In this document: in pieces, positions 24,496 through 35,016 of the stretch
How positions within the stretch are numbered: position 1 is the stretch's first letter
Layout: every line of letters starts with the position of its first letter
Virus record (IMG/VR): IMGVR_UViG_3300031938_000010
Location: 1-41,062 of that record
From: a virus
Taxonomy: Duplodnaviria > Caudoviricetes
Strand: one strand, 5' to 3'
DNA length: 41,062 bases
Notes under the pieces: generated by a model
What the model was told of the DNA's origin: nothing
Seen by the model: the letters and a program-made list of their open reading frames with translations, nothing else
The model's database searches: none
Program-made: the position numbers and the translations under genes

Positions 24496-27147
24496 TCAGA
24501 GAGCGGCGAGGAGCGCGGCGAGCTGCTGCTCGCGCGTGGCGAGGGTGACGGTCGTCGCCTCGGGGTCGGCGAGCGACTCCTCGAGCGCGGTGCATCGCAC
24601 GGTCGTGTCGAACGGCGCCACGTGGCCGAGCGCCGTCCGCGCGCGCGTGTCGGCGCCTAACGTCAGCTGGGCGTGCGCCCACGCGTCGCTCATGCGCGCG
24701 AGGTCGCGCACCGTACAGCGCACGTCACGCGGCGGGGTCACGCGCGCCGCGAGCTCGGCGTGCAGCGACTGCACGAGCTGCGTCGCGCCGCTGCCGACGC
24801 GGAGCGGCGGCGCCGCCGTGCCGCGGCCGATCGCCGCCGCGTCGACGAGCACCAGACACGGCGTCCACGCGACCGGGTACGGCGTGCCGGACGGGTACGT
24901 CCCGCCGGTCCACACCTGGCCGAACTTCGGCACGAAGCGCAGGCGCGCGCGGCAGCCGCGCGACAGCGTGAGGTCCGCGAACGAGAACGTCGTCCACGCG
25001 CCGGCCGTGTAGCAGTACGCCGCGGGACCGGGGTCGATCGTCTGCAGCACGTTGCCGGTGCCGTCGAGCAGGTCGACCAGGACGGCGAGGCCCAGCCCCA
25101 GGTTGCCCTTGCCGTCGAAGGCGAAGAACGCCCCGGGGTCGGCGTCGATGAAGAGGCGCACCGCGAAGCCCGCGCGGTTCGTGTCGCCGGCGTCGAGCCA
25201 GCTCGAGGCGGGCCCGGTGAGCGTGCCGGTCACGCCGTCGGTGCGCACGGTGAACGCCGCGAGGTAGCTGCCGTACTGCGGCGTCACGACGCCGCCGTGG
25301 ACCGTGCTGATGCCGGTGCCGTCGACGCGCGCCACGCTCGTGCCGAACGGCTGCGTGGTGCCGTTGTACGGCACGACGCTCCACCCGTCCGGCGGCGCGC
25401 TCGCGCCCGCGTTCCACGCGTCGAGCACGGCGTTCGGCAGCACGTTGTCGGCGGGGTCGATCGACTTCCGCGTGAGCACGCGGAACACGCGCCCGTAGGC
25501 GGCGACGCCGGACGGCGAGGCGAGCTCGGTGACGCGCGCGCCCGACGGGTCGGTCTCCCAGTCGAGGAGCTGCCCCGCGGCGAGGTCGGTCAGCGCGGCG
25601 CCGGTGCTCGTGATCGGCGTCAACACGACCGTGTTCGCGCTCGCCGCCGCGCCGTTTGCGCGGAAGCGCTTGGTCGGCACGTGCCGGTACACGCTGTACG
25701 TCTGCGCCGCCTGGCCGAAGCTGCCGGGCGGGACGCCGGTCGCGTCGTCGACGACGTCGATCCAGCCCGCCACGACGTCGAGCGCCGTGATGCGGTACGT
25801 GATGTTGCCGAGCGGGAGCAGGTCGCCGACGGCGAACAGCGCGAGGTTGTTCGCGCCCTGGACGTCGTAGCGCTGCGGCGGCGAGCCGGACTTGGTGAGG
25901 CTCTGCGTCCCGATCAGCGCGGCGTAACTCACGCGCGCGTCCTCGTACTGGCCGTCGACCGTGACGGGGTCGGCGCCGGCGAGGCCCGTGAGCGTCACCG
26001 CGCGCCCGCTGCCGACGGTGGCGCCTAACGCGCTGACCGTCACGCGCGATCCGGCGGGGTACGTCACGCCGCTCGTCGTGTCGCGCCGGAGCTCGACCAG
26101 GTCGCCGAGGCTGAACGACGTCGCCGCCTCGGCGAGCGTGAACGTCCCGGGCGCGGCGGTGTTGGTGATCGCGAACAGGCGGCCGGTGCGCGCCTGCAGC
26201 GCGTACGGCGTCACGGCGTCGACGTACTCGCCGTCCTCCATCACCGGGCCCGTGCCGTTCGACGGGTCGACGAGCGTGACGACGCTCCCCGCGACGCCGG
26301 TCACGAGCCACAGCGCGTGCTCGATCGAGCGCGTCGCGTCGGTGCTCACGTCGCTCGAGGTGTCGTTCGTCGCCGGCGTCCCGCGGATCACGCCGACGGT
26401 CATCTGATCGTCGCCGTTGTCGACCGAGCCGAGCGCGGTGAGGTGCGTGCCGACGAGCAGCTCCGGGAGCGTCGTGCCGGCCCCGCGCTGGGCCGCCAGG
26501 CGGATCTGGTAGCCCGTGCGGCCCACGCGCTCGAGCCACCACTCGCACGGCGCGCCGGTCGCGCGGACCGCCGTCACGAGCTGGTCTAAGAGCGCGTCGC
26601 GCGTGAGGTCGGTGCCGCCGACGTTCTGCAGCGCCACCGTCGCCGCGGCGCCCGACACCGTGCCTAACGTGATCGTCGCCGGCAGCCCGGGGAGCACGTA
26701 CTGCGTGACGAGCTGCTGCGCCGTGAGGCCGGAGACGCTCCACGTGGTGCGCACGCCGCCGGCGCTCGTCCCCTCGCCGATCACGCCGGCGCCGGTGAAC
26801 GCGCGGCGGGGCGCGGTGGCGGTCACGACGAGCTGGCCGCCGGCGGCGGTGCGCGTCGTCTCGACGGTCGCGATCTCGTGCTCGCTGAAGTCGTCGCCGT
26901 CCGCCTCGCGCGTCGTCACGACGGCGATCACGTTCGGCTTCTTCAGCACGTCCGCGGGGTTCTGTCCCGCGATCGGCACGGCCAAGTCCCACGTGAACGT
27001 GAGCGTGCTGCGGTCGCCGTCCAACGCGCGCGTCCGCTTCGCGTCGCGCGGCAGGAACGGCAGCACGCCGACGAGCGGGCTGGCGTCGCAGATCAGGCCC
27101 GCGCGCACTTCGAGCACGGGCACCGGGCGCGGCGCGAACGCCGTCAT
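24496..27147 (-). CDS. Minor tail / tail-tip protein (883 aa)
   Basis: True start MTAFAPRP at 27147 (ATGA overlap); beta-rich; downstream of the Dit-like gene. Confidence 0.75.
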   Translation of the reverse strand: MTAFAPRPVPVLEVRAGLICDASPLVGVLPFLPRDAKRTRALDGDRSTLTFTWDLAVPIAGQNPADVLKKPNVIAVVTTREADGDDFSEHEIATVETTRTAAGGQLVVTATAPRRAFTGAGVIGEGTSAGGVRTTWSVSGLTAQQLVTQYVLPGLPATITLGTVSGAAATVALQNVGGTDLTRDALLDQLVTAVRATGAPCEWWLERVGRTGYQIRLAAQRGAGTTLPELLVGTHLTALGSVDNGDDQMTVGVIRGTPATNDTSSDVSTDATRSIEHALWLVTGVAGSVVTLVDPSNGTGPVMEDGEYVDAVTPYALQARTGRLFAITNTAAPGTFTLAEAATSFSLGDLVELRRDTTSGVTYPAGSRVTVSALGATVGSGRAVTLTGLAGADPVTVDGQYEDARVSYAALIGTQSLTKSGSPPQRYDVQGANNLALFAVGDLLPLGNITYRITALDVVAGWIDVVDDATGVPPGSFGQAAQTYSVYRHVPTKRFRANGAAASANTVVLTPITSTGAALTDLAAGQLLDWETDPSGARVTELASPSGVAAYGRVFRVLTRKSIDPADNVLPNAVLDAWNAGASAPPDGWSVVPYNGTTQPFGTSVARVDGTGISTVHGGVVTPQYGSYLAAFTVRTDGVTGTLTGPASSWLDAGDTNRAGFAVRLFIDADPGAFFAFDGKGNLGLGLAVLVDLLDGTGNVLQTIDPGPAAYCYTAGAWTTFSFADLTLSRGCRARLRFVPKFGQVWTGGTYPSGTPYPVAWTPCLVLVDAAAIGRGTAAPPLRVGSGATQLVQSLHAELAARVTPPRDVRCTVRDLARMSDAWAHAQLTLGADTRARTALGHVAPFDTTVRCTALEESLADPEATTVTLATREQQLAALLAAL

Positions 27148-28520
27148 CGCAGCCCCCGCATCTCGTCGAGCGTGCGGAGCCCTGGCGCGACCTTGGCGGC
27201 GAGGAGCACGGCGTCGGGCTCCACGCCCGCGCGCGAGAGCGTCACCGCGAACTGGTCCCACGTCGCGGCGGGCGCGGTGCCGGTGGCCTCGAGGGCCGGC
27301 GACGCCTGGACGCCGGCGTCGGACTGACAGAGCACGCTCGGCGGCAGGGCGCGGGTCGCCCACCCGCCGAACTGCCCCGTCCACACGAGGCGCTCGCGCA
27401 GCGCCCCGCGCGCGGCGGCCGGCGTCGGCGCCACGCCGCTCGTGCTCTGCGCGCCGTCGAAGCGGCTCGCGCCGAGCGTGCCGGTGGCGAGGTCGGAGAG
27501 GACCGCGCTGCCGGCCGTCCCGCCGCCCGTGTACTGGCCGAGGTCGAGCGGGCGGTGCAGGCGGCCGCCACCGGCAGCACCACCGGCGCCTAACCACAGC
27601 GGGCGCGCCATCTCGACGAAGAGCGTGACGTCCTGCGGCGCGAACGCGAGCGGGAACGACAGCGTCTCGCCGCTGCGCGCGGCCGTGACGCCGACCGGGT
27701 TCGGGATGTACGAGGTCGGGTACGGCCCGTCCTCCACCTGGAACGCGCCGATCACGCAGTCGACGACGGCGGAGAGCCCGCTGTTCGGCTGCACGAACAC
27801 CTGGTGGCGGTGCAGCGCGTTCACGGTCGACGTCTGGCAGTAGATCCGCCACGCGCCGCCGGCGAGCGGCGCCATGCCGAGGTACGTCCCGGCGGTCACG
27901 GCGACCTGCGGGACACCCGCCGCGTCGAACGTGTACGCCGCGTCGAGTACGACGGACATCGAGACGATGTCCTGCACCGACACGCGCGTCGGCACGAAGG
28001 AGAAGGTGAGCTGCGACGGCGCGATGACGAAGCTGACGCCCTTCACCGCGTTCGTCGTGAACGGCGGGTTGACCGTGTCGTCCGCGCGGAGAATGTCTTG
28101 CTGCGCCTGGCCGTTCGCCGACGTCGGGACGAGCAGCCGGCAGAGCGACACCTCGCCCACGCTCAGCCAGTTGGGCGTGACGGTGCAGTTGGCGAGCGCC
28201 CACAGGTCGAGGCGCTCGGGGTCCAGCATCAGGTTGCGGCTGGCGCGCTCGAGCAGCAGGCCTAACGACTCGCGCACGCCGTCGCCGTCCAGGTCGAGCG
28301 CGATCCACCGCGGCTGGTTCGGGGCGACCGTGCGGATCGCGCCGGTGCTGTCGACCGTCGTGCCGAACGACGCGCGCGCGAACGTGCCGGCGTCGCCGGC
28401 GACGCTCTGCGGGCGCACGCCGGCGGCGTCGAACCCGAACGCCAGGCGCGACGCCGCGTCGCCCGCGCGCGGGGCGGGGGCGGCGAGCGAGTAGTCGGCG
28501 GGGAGCGGCGGCCGCGGCAT
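27144..28520 (-). CDS. Fibre/spike-domain virion protein
   Basis: TFARAS...VDSTG...NQPR...GLLLERASRNL...FQVEDGPYPTSYIP motif. Confidence 0.75.
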   Translation of the reverse strand: MPRPPLPADYSLAAPAPRAGDAASRLAFGFDAAGVRPQSVAGDAGTFARASFGTTVDSTGAIRTVAPNQPRWIALDLDGDGVRESLGLLLERASRNLMLDPERLDLWALANCTVTPNWLSVGEVSLCRLLVPTSANGQAQQDILRADDTVNPPFTTNAVKGVSFVIAPSQLTFSFVPTRVSVQDIVSMSVVLDAAYTFDAAGVPQVAVTAGTYLGMAPLAGGAWRIYCQTSTVNALHRHQVFVQPNSGLSAVVDCVIGAFQVEDGPYPTSYIPNPVGVTAARSGETLSFPLAFAPQDVTLFVEMARPLWLGAGGAAGGGRLHRPLDLGQYTGGGTAGSAVLSDLATGTLGASRFDGAQSTSGVAPTPAAARGALRERLVWTGQFGGWATRALPPSVLCQSDAGVQASPALEATGTAPAATWDQFAVTLSRAGVEPDAVLLAAKVAPGLRTLDEMRGLR

Positions 28521-28522
28521 CG

Positions 28523-29404
28523 TTAGGCATCCCACAGCAGGGGGTACACGAGCAGCGCGCGCGCGCTGCCCGTCGGCGTGCTGACCGCGACCGATGGCCC
28601 GCTGCCGAACGCGGGGTCGCCGTCCGCGGGGTCGAGCGCGAAGTACTCGCCCGCGGCGCGGCGGCCGCCGGCGTAGACGCTCGCGTAGCCGGTCCCGCTC
28701 AGGTGCTCGGTGACGACGCGGGTCGCCATGTCGACCTCGAGCCAGTCGCTGCCCGAGAGGCCGGCGGTGAGCGTGATCGACGCGCCGGCGATCGCCCGGC
28801 CGGCGAGGTCGGTGCACGCGAGCGTGACGGTGGTGCCGGAGGCGCCCGTGCTGCCCGGCGTGACGACGACGCGCGGCCAGACGGACAGGGTGCCTAACGG
28901 CACGGCGGTCGGCTGCGCGTCGCTCGAGGCGAGGCCCACGATCCGCGGCGCCGCGCTCCGCACCACCGGCGGCGAGGCGACGAACGCGATCGTGACGAGC
29001 GCCCACGGATCCCGCAGCGGCGAGCCGGAGTGCGCGACGGTCCAGCCCGCGCGCGGCGCGAGCCACACGCGGTCCGGCGCGACGTCGAACGCCACGGCGC
29101 AGCGCCCGCCGACGGGCACGCACGCCGCGAGCGCGCGGACGGCGCGGTCGAGCGACGTCGGATCGGGCGCGTGGATGTTGAGCGCGATCGTGCCGCGCCG
29201 CTCGCCGGCGCTGCCGAACGCGCCGGCGGGCGCGGGGCCGACGCGCGCGGGGCCGGGGTCCGCGGTGGCGGGCGTGACGGCGAGGCCGTCCCACCAGCCG
29301 CCGAGGCTCGCGACCGACACGTCGTCGGCGCCGGCGAGCCCCGCGGCGACGCCCAGGTCGAGGCCGTTCACCGTGACGCCGATCGTCGGCAGCGGGGCGT
29401 TCAC
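28523..29404 (-). CDS. Distal tail (Dit)-like protein
   Basis: About 290 aa beta-rich gene immediately after the tape measure. Confidence 0.65.
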   Translation of the reverse strand: MNAPLPTIGVTVNGLDLGVAAGLAGADDVSVASLGGWWDGLAVTPATADPGPARVGPAPAGAFGSAGERRGTIALNIHAPDPTSLDRAVRALAACVPVGGRCAVAFDVAPDRVWLAPRAGWTVAHSGSPLRDPWALVTIAFVASPPVVRSAAPRIVGLASSDAQPTAVPLGTLSVWPRVVVTPGSTGASGTTVTLACTDLAGRAIAGASITLTAGLSGSDWLEVDMATRVVTEHLSGTGYASVYAGGRRAAGEYFALDPADGDPAFGSGPSVAVSTPTGSARALLVYPLLWDA

Positions 29405-32400
29405 GCGAGCCCTCCGAGCGCATCGAACACGCGCGCGTCGCCGCGCGCGCCGAGTTGGCTCTTGAGCGCGCGGCGGATGCCGTCGAGCAGCGCGGGGCCC
29501 ATCGCGCGCGCGATCTCGGCGCCGGTGAGCGTCCCCAGCTCGGCGAGCAGCGCCGACGCGTCGGCGGCGCCGGTCACAAGCTCGCCCAGTTCCAGCGACG
29601 CGGAGATGTCGCCGACGTTTACGGTGATGTCCCCGCCGCCGACGCCGAACGCGCCGGGGAGGGCGGGGGGCTCGATCGGCACGAACGCGCGCGGCGAGAG
29701 CTGCGCGATGAGCGCGTGGATGTCTTCGAGCTCGTGGACCGACGCCTGGAGCAAAGCGGTCTGCGCGCGCTCGGCGTCGACGAGCGCGCCGGCCGTCGCT
29801 TCAGTCACCTGCGCGACGTCGGCGGTGAACGCCGTGCCGCGGAGCGCGTCGGCGGGCAGCGCGGCGCTATTGCCGAACGCGCCTGAGGTGCGGAGCTGCG
29901 AGCCGATCCCGACCGCCTGGTTGAACTGCGTGATCTGGTCGGGCGAGTACTGATCGAGCACACCCGCGTCGATGCCCGCGATGCCACGCGTGATGGCGGC
30001 GTTGACGGCGTGCGGATCCGACAGGTCGACGCCGTCGAGCCACTGCGCGATGAGCGGGTTCGTCTTCGTCGCGAGCACAGCCTCCTCGCCGAAGGAGACC
30101 GGCGAGTCGCCGACGCCGAGGAAGTCGTGCGCCTTCGCGTACGCGTCGAGCGCGCTGGCGGACAGGTCGCGCTGCGCCTGCGCCGCGTCCTTGGCGGCCT
30201 GCGTCGCCTTCTCTGTCGCGGCGCGCTCGTCTTCGAGCGCCTGCACGTGGTGCAGCGTGGCGAGGGTCGACGCGTCGGCCCCTTCGTCGATGAGCTGCTG
30301 GGCCTCGCGCTGCTCGTCGAGCTGGCGCTTGTACGCGTCGGCTTCGTCGGTGCGCCCCTCTGCGACCAGCTCACGGTAGTGCAGGTCTTCCGTCGTCGTC
30401 TTGTTGAGCAGGGCCACACGCGCGTTCTCGGCGTCCGTGGCCGCCTTCAGCGCCGCGGCGTCGTCGTACGCGGCCTTCGCGCGCGCGTTCTCCGCGGACT
30501 CCTGCTGCCCGGCCGTGGCCTCGGCCTGGGCCCGGCGTTCCGCGTCCGCTTCTGCGGCGAGACTCGCGGCGTGCGCGTCCTCCTCCTGCTGCACCTGACG
30601 TAGCCGGTCGAGCACCTCCTGCGGGACGCCGGCGTTCAGGAGCTTGTAGTACTCCTCCTGCTCGGCGACCGTGCGCTCGAGCGCGTCGCCGTCGGCGTCG
30701 CGGCCCTGCGCGCGCAACTCGCGCAGGTTCAGGTCGTTGTTCGTCGACCCGATGAGACCGAGCACCGTCGCGCGCGCGTTGTTCTCGGCCTCCGCCGCCG
30801 CCTCCTGGGCCTTCGCCATCGCCTCGGCGGCGTCCTTCGCATGCTTGTGCGCGCCAATGAGCCCTCCGATCGCGCCGATCGCGCCACCGACCACCGCGCC
30901 TAACGCCGTGCCGACGACGGGCACCACGCTCCCGATCAGCGCGCCGGTCGCGGCGCCCGCGCCGGCCCCGGCGAGTGCGCCGACCGCCTGGCTCTTGCCG
31001 CCCGTCGCGTAGCCGACGTCGTAGCCCGCGACACCGGCCGCCGCGGCGCCGCCAAGCGCCTGGAACGCGCCGCTCTTCGCGTACTTGCTGAGGACCTTCT
31101 CGATCGCCTGGCCGAGGATGTCCTCGCCCATGCGTGAGAACGTCTCCCAGAACGAGTGACCGCCTAACACGCCGTCCTGCAGGCCCGCGAGCACGCCGTC
31201 GGCGACCGCGTGCTCCACCGTCTCGCCCATCGCCTTCGCGAACGCCTTCGCCGCCGGATCCGTCGGCTTCACGACGTTCTTCATCGCGGCGGCGACGGCG
31301 TCGTGGAACCACGCCGTCCACTCGTCCTGATTGTCCTTCGGCGGCGTCTCGATCTTCGTGAAGTTCTTCGACGCCGCGGTCGCCGCCGGCGCGAGTTTCG
31401 CCGCCGCCGCACTCACGTGCTCGTACGCCGCCGCCTGCGCCTTCAACTCCTCCGTGAGGGCGGCGACCAACTCCTTCGCGTCGTAATACGTGTTGACGAG
31501 CGCGACGACCTGGTCTCGATGCGCGCCCGTCGTCTTCGTCAGCGCCTCGGTGATCGCCTTCTGCCGCTCGGCTTCGAGCTCCACGGACTTGAGGGCGTCG
31601 CCGTGCGTCATGAGCGCGTCGGCGGCGGCCTGCTCGCCGGCGGCCTGCCGCGCGAGATCGGCGAGATAGGTCGCCTGCTTCTCGCCGTGCTTCTCCTGCG
31701 CCTTGTCGAACGCCTCCAGCGTCGTCACCATGGCGGCGTACGCGGCGCGATCGGCGGCGGCGAGCGTCACGTCTTTCGCCTTCGCGTCGTACTGCGCGGC
31801 GAGCGAGCGGGCGATCTGCTGATATCTGGTGTCGACGGATTCGAGTGACGCGACGAGTCGTGCGTTGTCCTCCACGGCACGGAGGTCGTTCGCGTGCTGC
31901 TGTCGCGCGGCGTCGTCCCGCCCGTGCTGCAGCTTGTCGCGCTCAGCCTGTAGCTTTGCCTGCTCGGCCGCGTTGTCCGCGCGCGCGCCCTCGGACGCGC
32001 CGTAGCCGCCGATCATCCCGGTCGCGCCGACACTCGCGCTGGAGGTGCCGTACGCGACGTTCTTCTGGAGGTCCGCGATGCGCCGCTCCAATTCCGCGAT
32101 CGACTTGTCGAACGCCGAGACGTCGGCCGACAGCTTGATCGTGGGGTGGGTGGAGTTGATGATCTCGTCGGCTCGCTTGAGCGAATCCTCGATCTGCTGC
32201 GTCGCCTTGCGGGCGTCCTCCGTCAGGAACTCGTACGCCGCCCCGATCGCCGCGATGCCGGCGATGACGCCGACCACGAGGTTGCCGCCTAACGCCATGA
32301 GGCCCAAGCGCGACGCGATCTGCCCGATCGGGCCGGAGACGCCGAGCGCGCTGTCGGCGAGCGCGGTCAGCGGTCGGCGGAGCGCCGTGAGGCTCAACGC

Positions 32401-32739
32401 CGCGCCGCCGCCCGCCTGCTCGACCTTCGCGAGTTGCCCCGTCAGCCCGGCGACGTAGCCCTCCAACTCCGCGCCCTGCCCGATCTCCTTCGGCGCGGCC
32501 TTGATTTCGAGCTGCAGCGCGCGCGTGAACGCGCGCCCCGCCTCCGCGCCGGCCTTCGCCGCCTGGTCGGGCGGGAGGAGGCCCTGCGCGAGCGACGCGC
32601 TGATCTGCGCGAGCCTCTGCGTGAGCTCCTGTTTCAGCTTGTCGCCGAACTGCCGCGCACTCTCGACGCCCTGGCGAAAAGCGGGGTCGAGCGCGGAGAC
32701 GTTGGCGCCGACGCTGACGTTGATGTTCGGCGCCGTCAT
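29401..32739 (-). CDS. Tape measure protein
   Basis: 1112 aa, Ala-rich helical, with Gly-Ala hydrophobic segments. Confidence 0.85.
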   Translation of the reverse strand: MTAPNINVSVGANVSALDPAFRQGVESARQFGDKLKQELTQRLAQISASLAQGLLPPDQAAKAGAEAGRAFTRALQLEIKAAPKEIGQGAELEGYVAGLTGQLAKVEQAGGGAALSLTALRRPLTALADSALGVSGPIGQIASRLGLMALGGNLVVGVIAGIAAIGAAYEFLTEDARKATQQIEDSLKRADEIINSTHPTIKLSADVSAFDKSIAELERRIADLQKNVAYGTSSASVGATGMIGGYGASEGARADNAAEQAKLQAERDKLQHGRDDAARQQHANDLRAVEDNARLVASLESVDTRYQQIARSLAAQYDAKAKDVTLAAADRAAYAAMVTTLEAFDKAQEKHGEKQATYLADLARQAAGEQAAADALMTHGDALKSVELEAERQKAITEALTKTTGAHRDQVVALVNTYYDAKELVAALTEELKAQAAAYEHVSAAAAKLAPAATAASKNFTKIETPPKDNQDEWTAWFHDAVAAAMKNVVKPTDPAAKAFAKAMGETVEHAVADGVLAGLQDGVLGGHSFWETFSRMGEDILGQAIEKVLSKYAKSGAFQALGGAAAAGVAGYDVGYATGGKSQAVGALAGAGAGAATGALIGSVVPVVGTALGAVVGGAIGAIGGLIGAHKHAKDAAEAMAKAQEAAAEAENNARATVLGLIGSTNNDLNLRELRAQGRDADGDALERTVAEQEEYYKLLNAGVPQEVLDRLRQVQQEEDAHAASLAAEADAERRAQAEATAGQQESAENARAKAAYDDAAALKAATDAENARVALLNKTTTEDLHYRELVAEGRTDEADAYKRQLDEQREAQQLIDEGADASTLATLHHVQALEDERAATEKATQAAKDAAQAQRDLSASALDAYAKAHDFLGVGDSPVSFGEEAVLATKTNPLIAQWLDGVDLSDPHAVNAAITRGIAGIDAGVLDQYSPDQITQFNQAVGIGSQLRTSGAFGNSAALPADALRGTAFTADVAQVTEATAGALVDAERAQTALLQASVHELEDIHALIAQLSPRAFVPIEPPALPGAFGVGGGDITVNVGDISASLELGELVTGAADASALLAELGTLTGAEIARAMGPALLDGIRRALKSQLGARGDARVFDALGGLA

Positions 32740-33599
32740 CGCGGGCGCACCGGCGGCTTCTTCGCCGCCGCCTCCTGCTCGGCGCGCTGCCGCGCCTCGT
32801 CGTGCGCGATCGCCTCACTCACGTGGGTTGAGAACACGCGCTTGGCGCTCTGCGTGGCGAGCTCGGTGTCTTTCGCCACGGATCCGAGGAACCCGGCGAG
32901 GCCGAGCCGAGACGGCGCGCCATCGTGCCGCGGGAACGCCGCGCAGAGGATCCGAATCGCCTCGCGGTCGACCGTGTGGTACGCCTGCACGAGGGCCAGC
33001 AGGTCGAACTCGGAGACGCCGCCGAGCCACGCGGTCTCGCCGTCCGAGGGCGGCGCGGGCCAGCGCTCGATCGGCTGCAGGACGTCGAACGGCGCGAGCG
33101 GACCGGGCGTGGTGACGATCCACACCCACTGCGTGACGCGGAGCGCCCACGTGGTCGCGCTGATCGACGGGTCGCCTAACGCTTCGTCGATCGCGGTGAG
33201 CGCGAAGTGCACCGGCAGCGCCTTCGCGTACACGCCGCGCGTCACGCCGTCGGTGCAGACGACGAATAGTGGGCGCTCCAGGATGCCGTCGAGGATCGCC
33301 TGCTGCAGCGCGGCCGCGTTGTCCCGGCGCGCGGGCTCGGAGCTGCGCATCAGGCACCCGTACTCGTGCCAGCACTTCGCGTACGGCCCGACGCCGCCGG
33401 TGTCCGGGTGCTCCTCGCTGCCCGGCCACTGCGCGCGCAGCACATCGAGCGCGACACCGCGCTTGAGCAGCGCGACGGCGAGCTGCGCGGCGCGCGCGCG
33501 GAAGCCCGCCCGCGTCCAGTCTTTCGGACGCAGGCGGGTCGCGATCGCGACGAAGTCCTCCCGCGTGTGCGGGCGACTCTTCGACCGGACGCGGGACAT
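32736..33599 (-). CDS. Tail assembly chaperone-position protein
   Basis: Between the major tail and tape measure genes. Confidence 0.55.
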   Translation of the reverse strand: MSRVRSKSRPHTREDFVAIATRLRPKDWTRAGFRARAAQLAVALLKRGVALDVLRAQWPGSEEHPDTGGVGPYAKCWHEYGCLMRSSEPARRDNAAALQQAILDGILERPLFVVCTDGVTRGVYAKALPVHFALTAIDEALGDPSISATTWALRVTQWVWIVTTPGPLAPFDVLQPIERWPAPPSDGETAWLGGVSEFDLLALVQAYHTVDREAIRILCAAFPRHDGAPSRLGLAGFLGSVAKDTELATQSAKRVFSTHVSEAIAHDEARQRAEQEAAAKKPPVRPR

Positions 33600-33645
33600 C
33601 GGCGGGGCCGGTGGGGAATCCGTCGGTGCCTAACGCCTCGGCGGG

Positions 33646-34380
33646 TTAGTGGTCGCTGTCGCGGTACACGAGGCACGTGGCGTCCCACGTGACGTCGATC
33701 GTCGCCGTGTCGCTGCCGCCGCCGAGCGTCGTGTTGATCTGCGCGGCGATCTTCGCGTTGACCCAGTCGAACGTGAAGATCGTGACGCCGTCGTCCATGA
33801 CGCCCGACGCGCGGATCACCATGAGGCCCTCGGTGCCGATCTTCGCGCCGCGCACCGCGCCGGACCACGGCGTGGCGGCCGCGCCGTTGCCGCTCGTCGT
33901 CTCGGGGTGGCCGAACGCGAACTGGAGCGCCTCCGGCGACCAGTCGCGCAGCTTCACGCCGCCGCCCATCTGGCCCTGCGTCACGAAGCTCGTCAGCGGC
34001 GTGCGGCCGATGGAGCCGTACACGCGGTTGAGCGTCGAGCCGCCGGTGAACTGCACGCCGCCCGCGAAGTCGCCCAGGTCGGTCGCGGTCATGCGGTAGA
34101 CCTTGGAACCGGACTTCGCCGGCACCTTGATCGGCTGCGCGGTGGGGAGCGACGTGCCTGACGGCGTGCCGAGCGTCACGAGGTCACCGTCGCCGTTCTG
34201 CCCCACGAGCAGCACGGGATCCGCGGCGAGGAAGCCCGTGATCGCGGCGACGCCGATGGAGGTGTCGTCGATCACGACGGGCGTCGCGCCGACGGACGTG
34301 TTCACGGCGGGGCTCGCGAGGCGGAACGCCTGGATCAGGTTCACGCGCTCGAGCAGGCCGCGGGGATCGTACTTGCGCAT
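33646..34380 (-). CDS. Major tail (tube) protein
   Basis: 244 aa beta-rich; own leader; position after the tail terminator. Confidence 0.65.
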   Translation of the reverse strand: MRKYDPRGLLERVNLIQAFRLASPAVNTSVGATPVVIDDTSIGVAAITGFLAADPVLLVGQNGDGDLVTLGTPSGTSLPTAQPIKVPAKSGSKVYRMTATDLGDFAGGVQFTGGSTLNRVYGSIGRTPLTSFVTQGQMGGGVKLRDWSPEALQFAFGHPETTSGNGAAATPWSGAVRGAKIGTEGLMVIRASGVMDDGVTIFTFDWVNAKIAAQINTTLGGGSDTATIDVTWDATCLVYRDSDH

Positions 34381-34420
34381 CGGTGGGAACTCCGGAGGGG
34401 GCGGTCGAGGAAGTCGGGCA

Positions 34421-34495
34421 GGGAAACGCGAACGCGCGGCACAGCCCCTCAGCTCGAGGGGCTGTGCCGCGCGCGACGCGGCGTGCTCGGTTGTG
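34421..34495 (-). terminator. Leader element: 15-mer, 18-bp hairpin, T-rich tail
   Basis: Stem 34433-34450/34456-34473; GCGTGCTCGGTTGTG at 34481-34495. Confidence 0.65.
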
Positions 34496-34542
34496 GGGAC
34501 TACGAGGTGCGATACTGCCGAACGGGCGTGCCTAACGCGGCC

Positions 34543-35016
34543 TCACGAGGTACTCGGGAAGCAGCGGACTTCGATCGGGACGATCAGGACGCCCTGGTCG
34601 ATCAAGACGCCGCCGTGGCGCTCGATCGTGCCGACGATACGGCAGTCCGCCACGAGCCCGCCGAGCGTCTGCGACGTCTGACCGGCGGACGGGGCGAGCG
34701 CCGCGCGGACAGCGTCTTCGATCGTGTTCATCATGGTGTCGAGCAGGGTGTCGACGGGGAGTGAGGCGCGGTGCACGTAGAAGAACCACGTGTAGTGACG
34801 CGTCCACTGCGTGACACCTGCCGTCGATCGACCACCGCCGCTCGGCGCCGGCGGTGCTGCGTTCACTGGCTCGCTCGCCTGAAAGCCGGCCGGCTGCTCG
34901 GCCGGAGGCACCTGGTCGAAGTCCTTCAGCTCGCGCGAGCACGTCACGAGCCCGGGGACCGTCTGGAGGCGCGCGAAGAGCGCGACGGCGACGGCTTCGG
35001 CGGAGACGCGGCTCAT
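34543..35016 (-). CDS. Tail terminator/completion-like protein
   Basis: Size, position, and ...IEDAVRAAL...QTLGGLV motif. Confidence 0.65.
   Translation of the reverse strand: MSRVSAEAVAVALFARLQTVPGLVTCSRELKDFDQVPPAEQPAGFQASEPVNAAPPAPSGGGRSTAGVTQWTRHYTWFFYVHRASLPVDTLLDTMMNTIEDAVRAALAPSAGQTSQTLGGLVADCRIVGTIERHGGVLIDQGVLIVPIEVRCFPSTS

Noticed and set aside
19068-28520. Diversity-generating retroelement or invertible tail-fibre cassette
   Set aside because: No reverse transcriptase, serine invertase or TR/VR repeat pair seen in this window
24496-29423. 1344-aa and 759-aa ORF calls suggesting overlapping or frameshifted tail genes
   Set aside because: The N-terminal extensions are shadow sequence; coupled starts at 27147 and 28520 give a clean non-overlapping layout
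32736-33599. Programmed -1 frameshift in the tail chaperone
   Set aside because: A single ORF fills the interval and no slippery heptamer was evident
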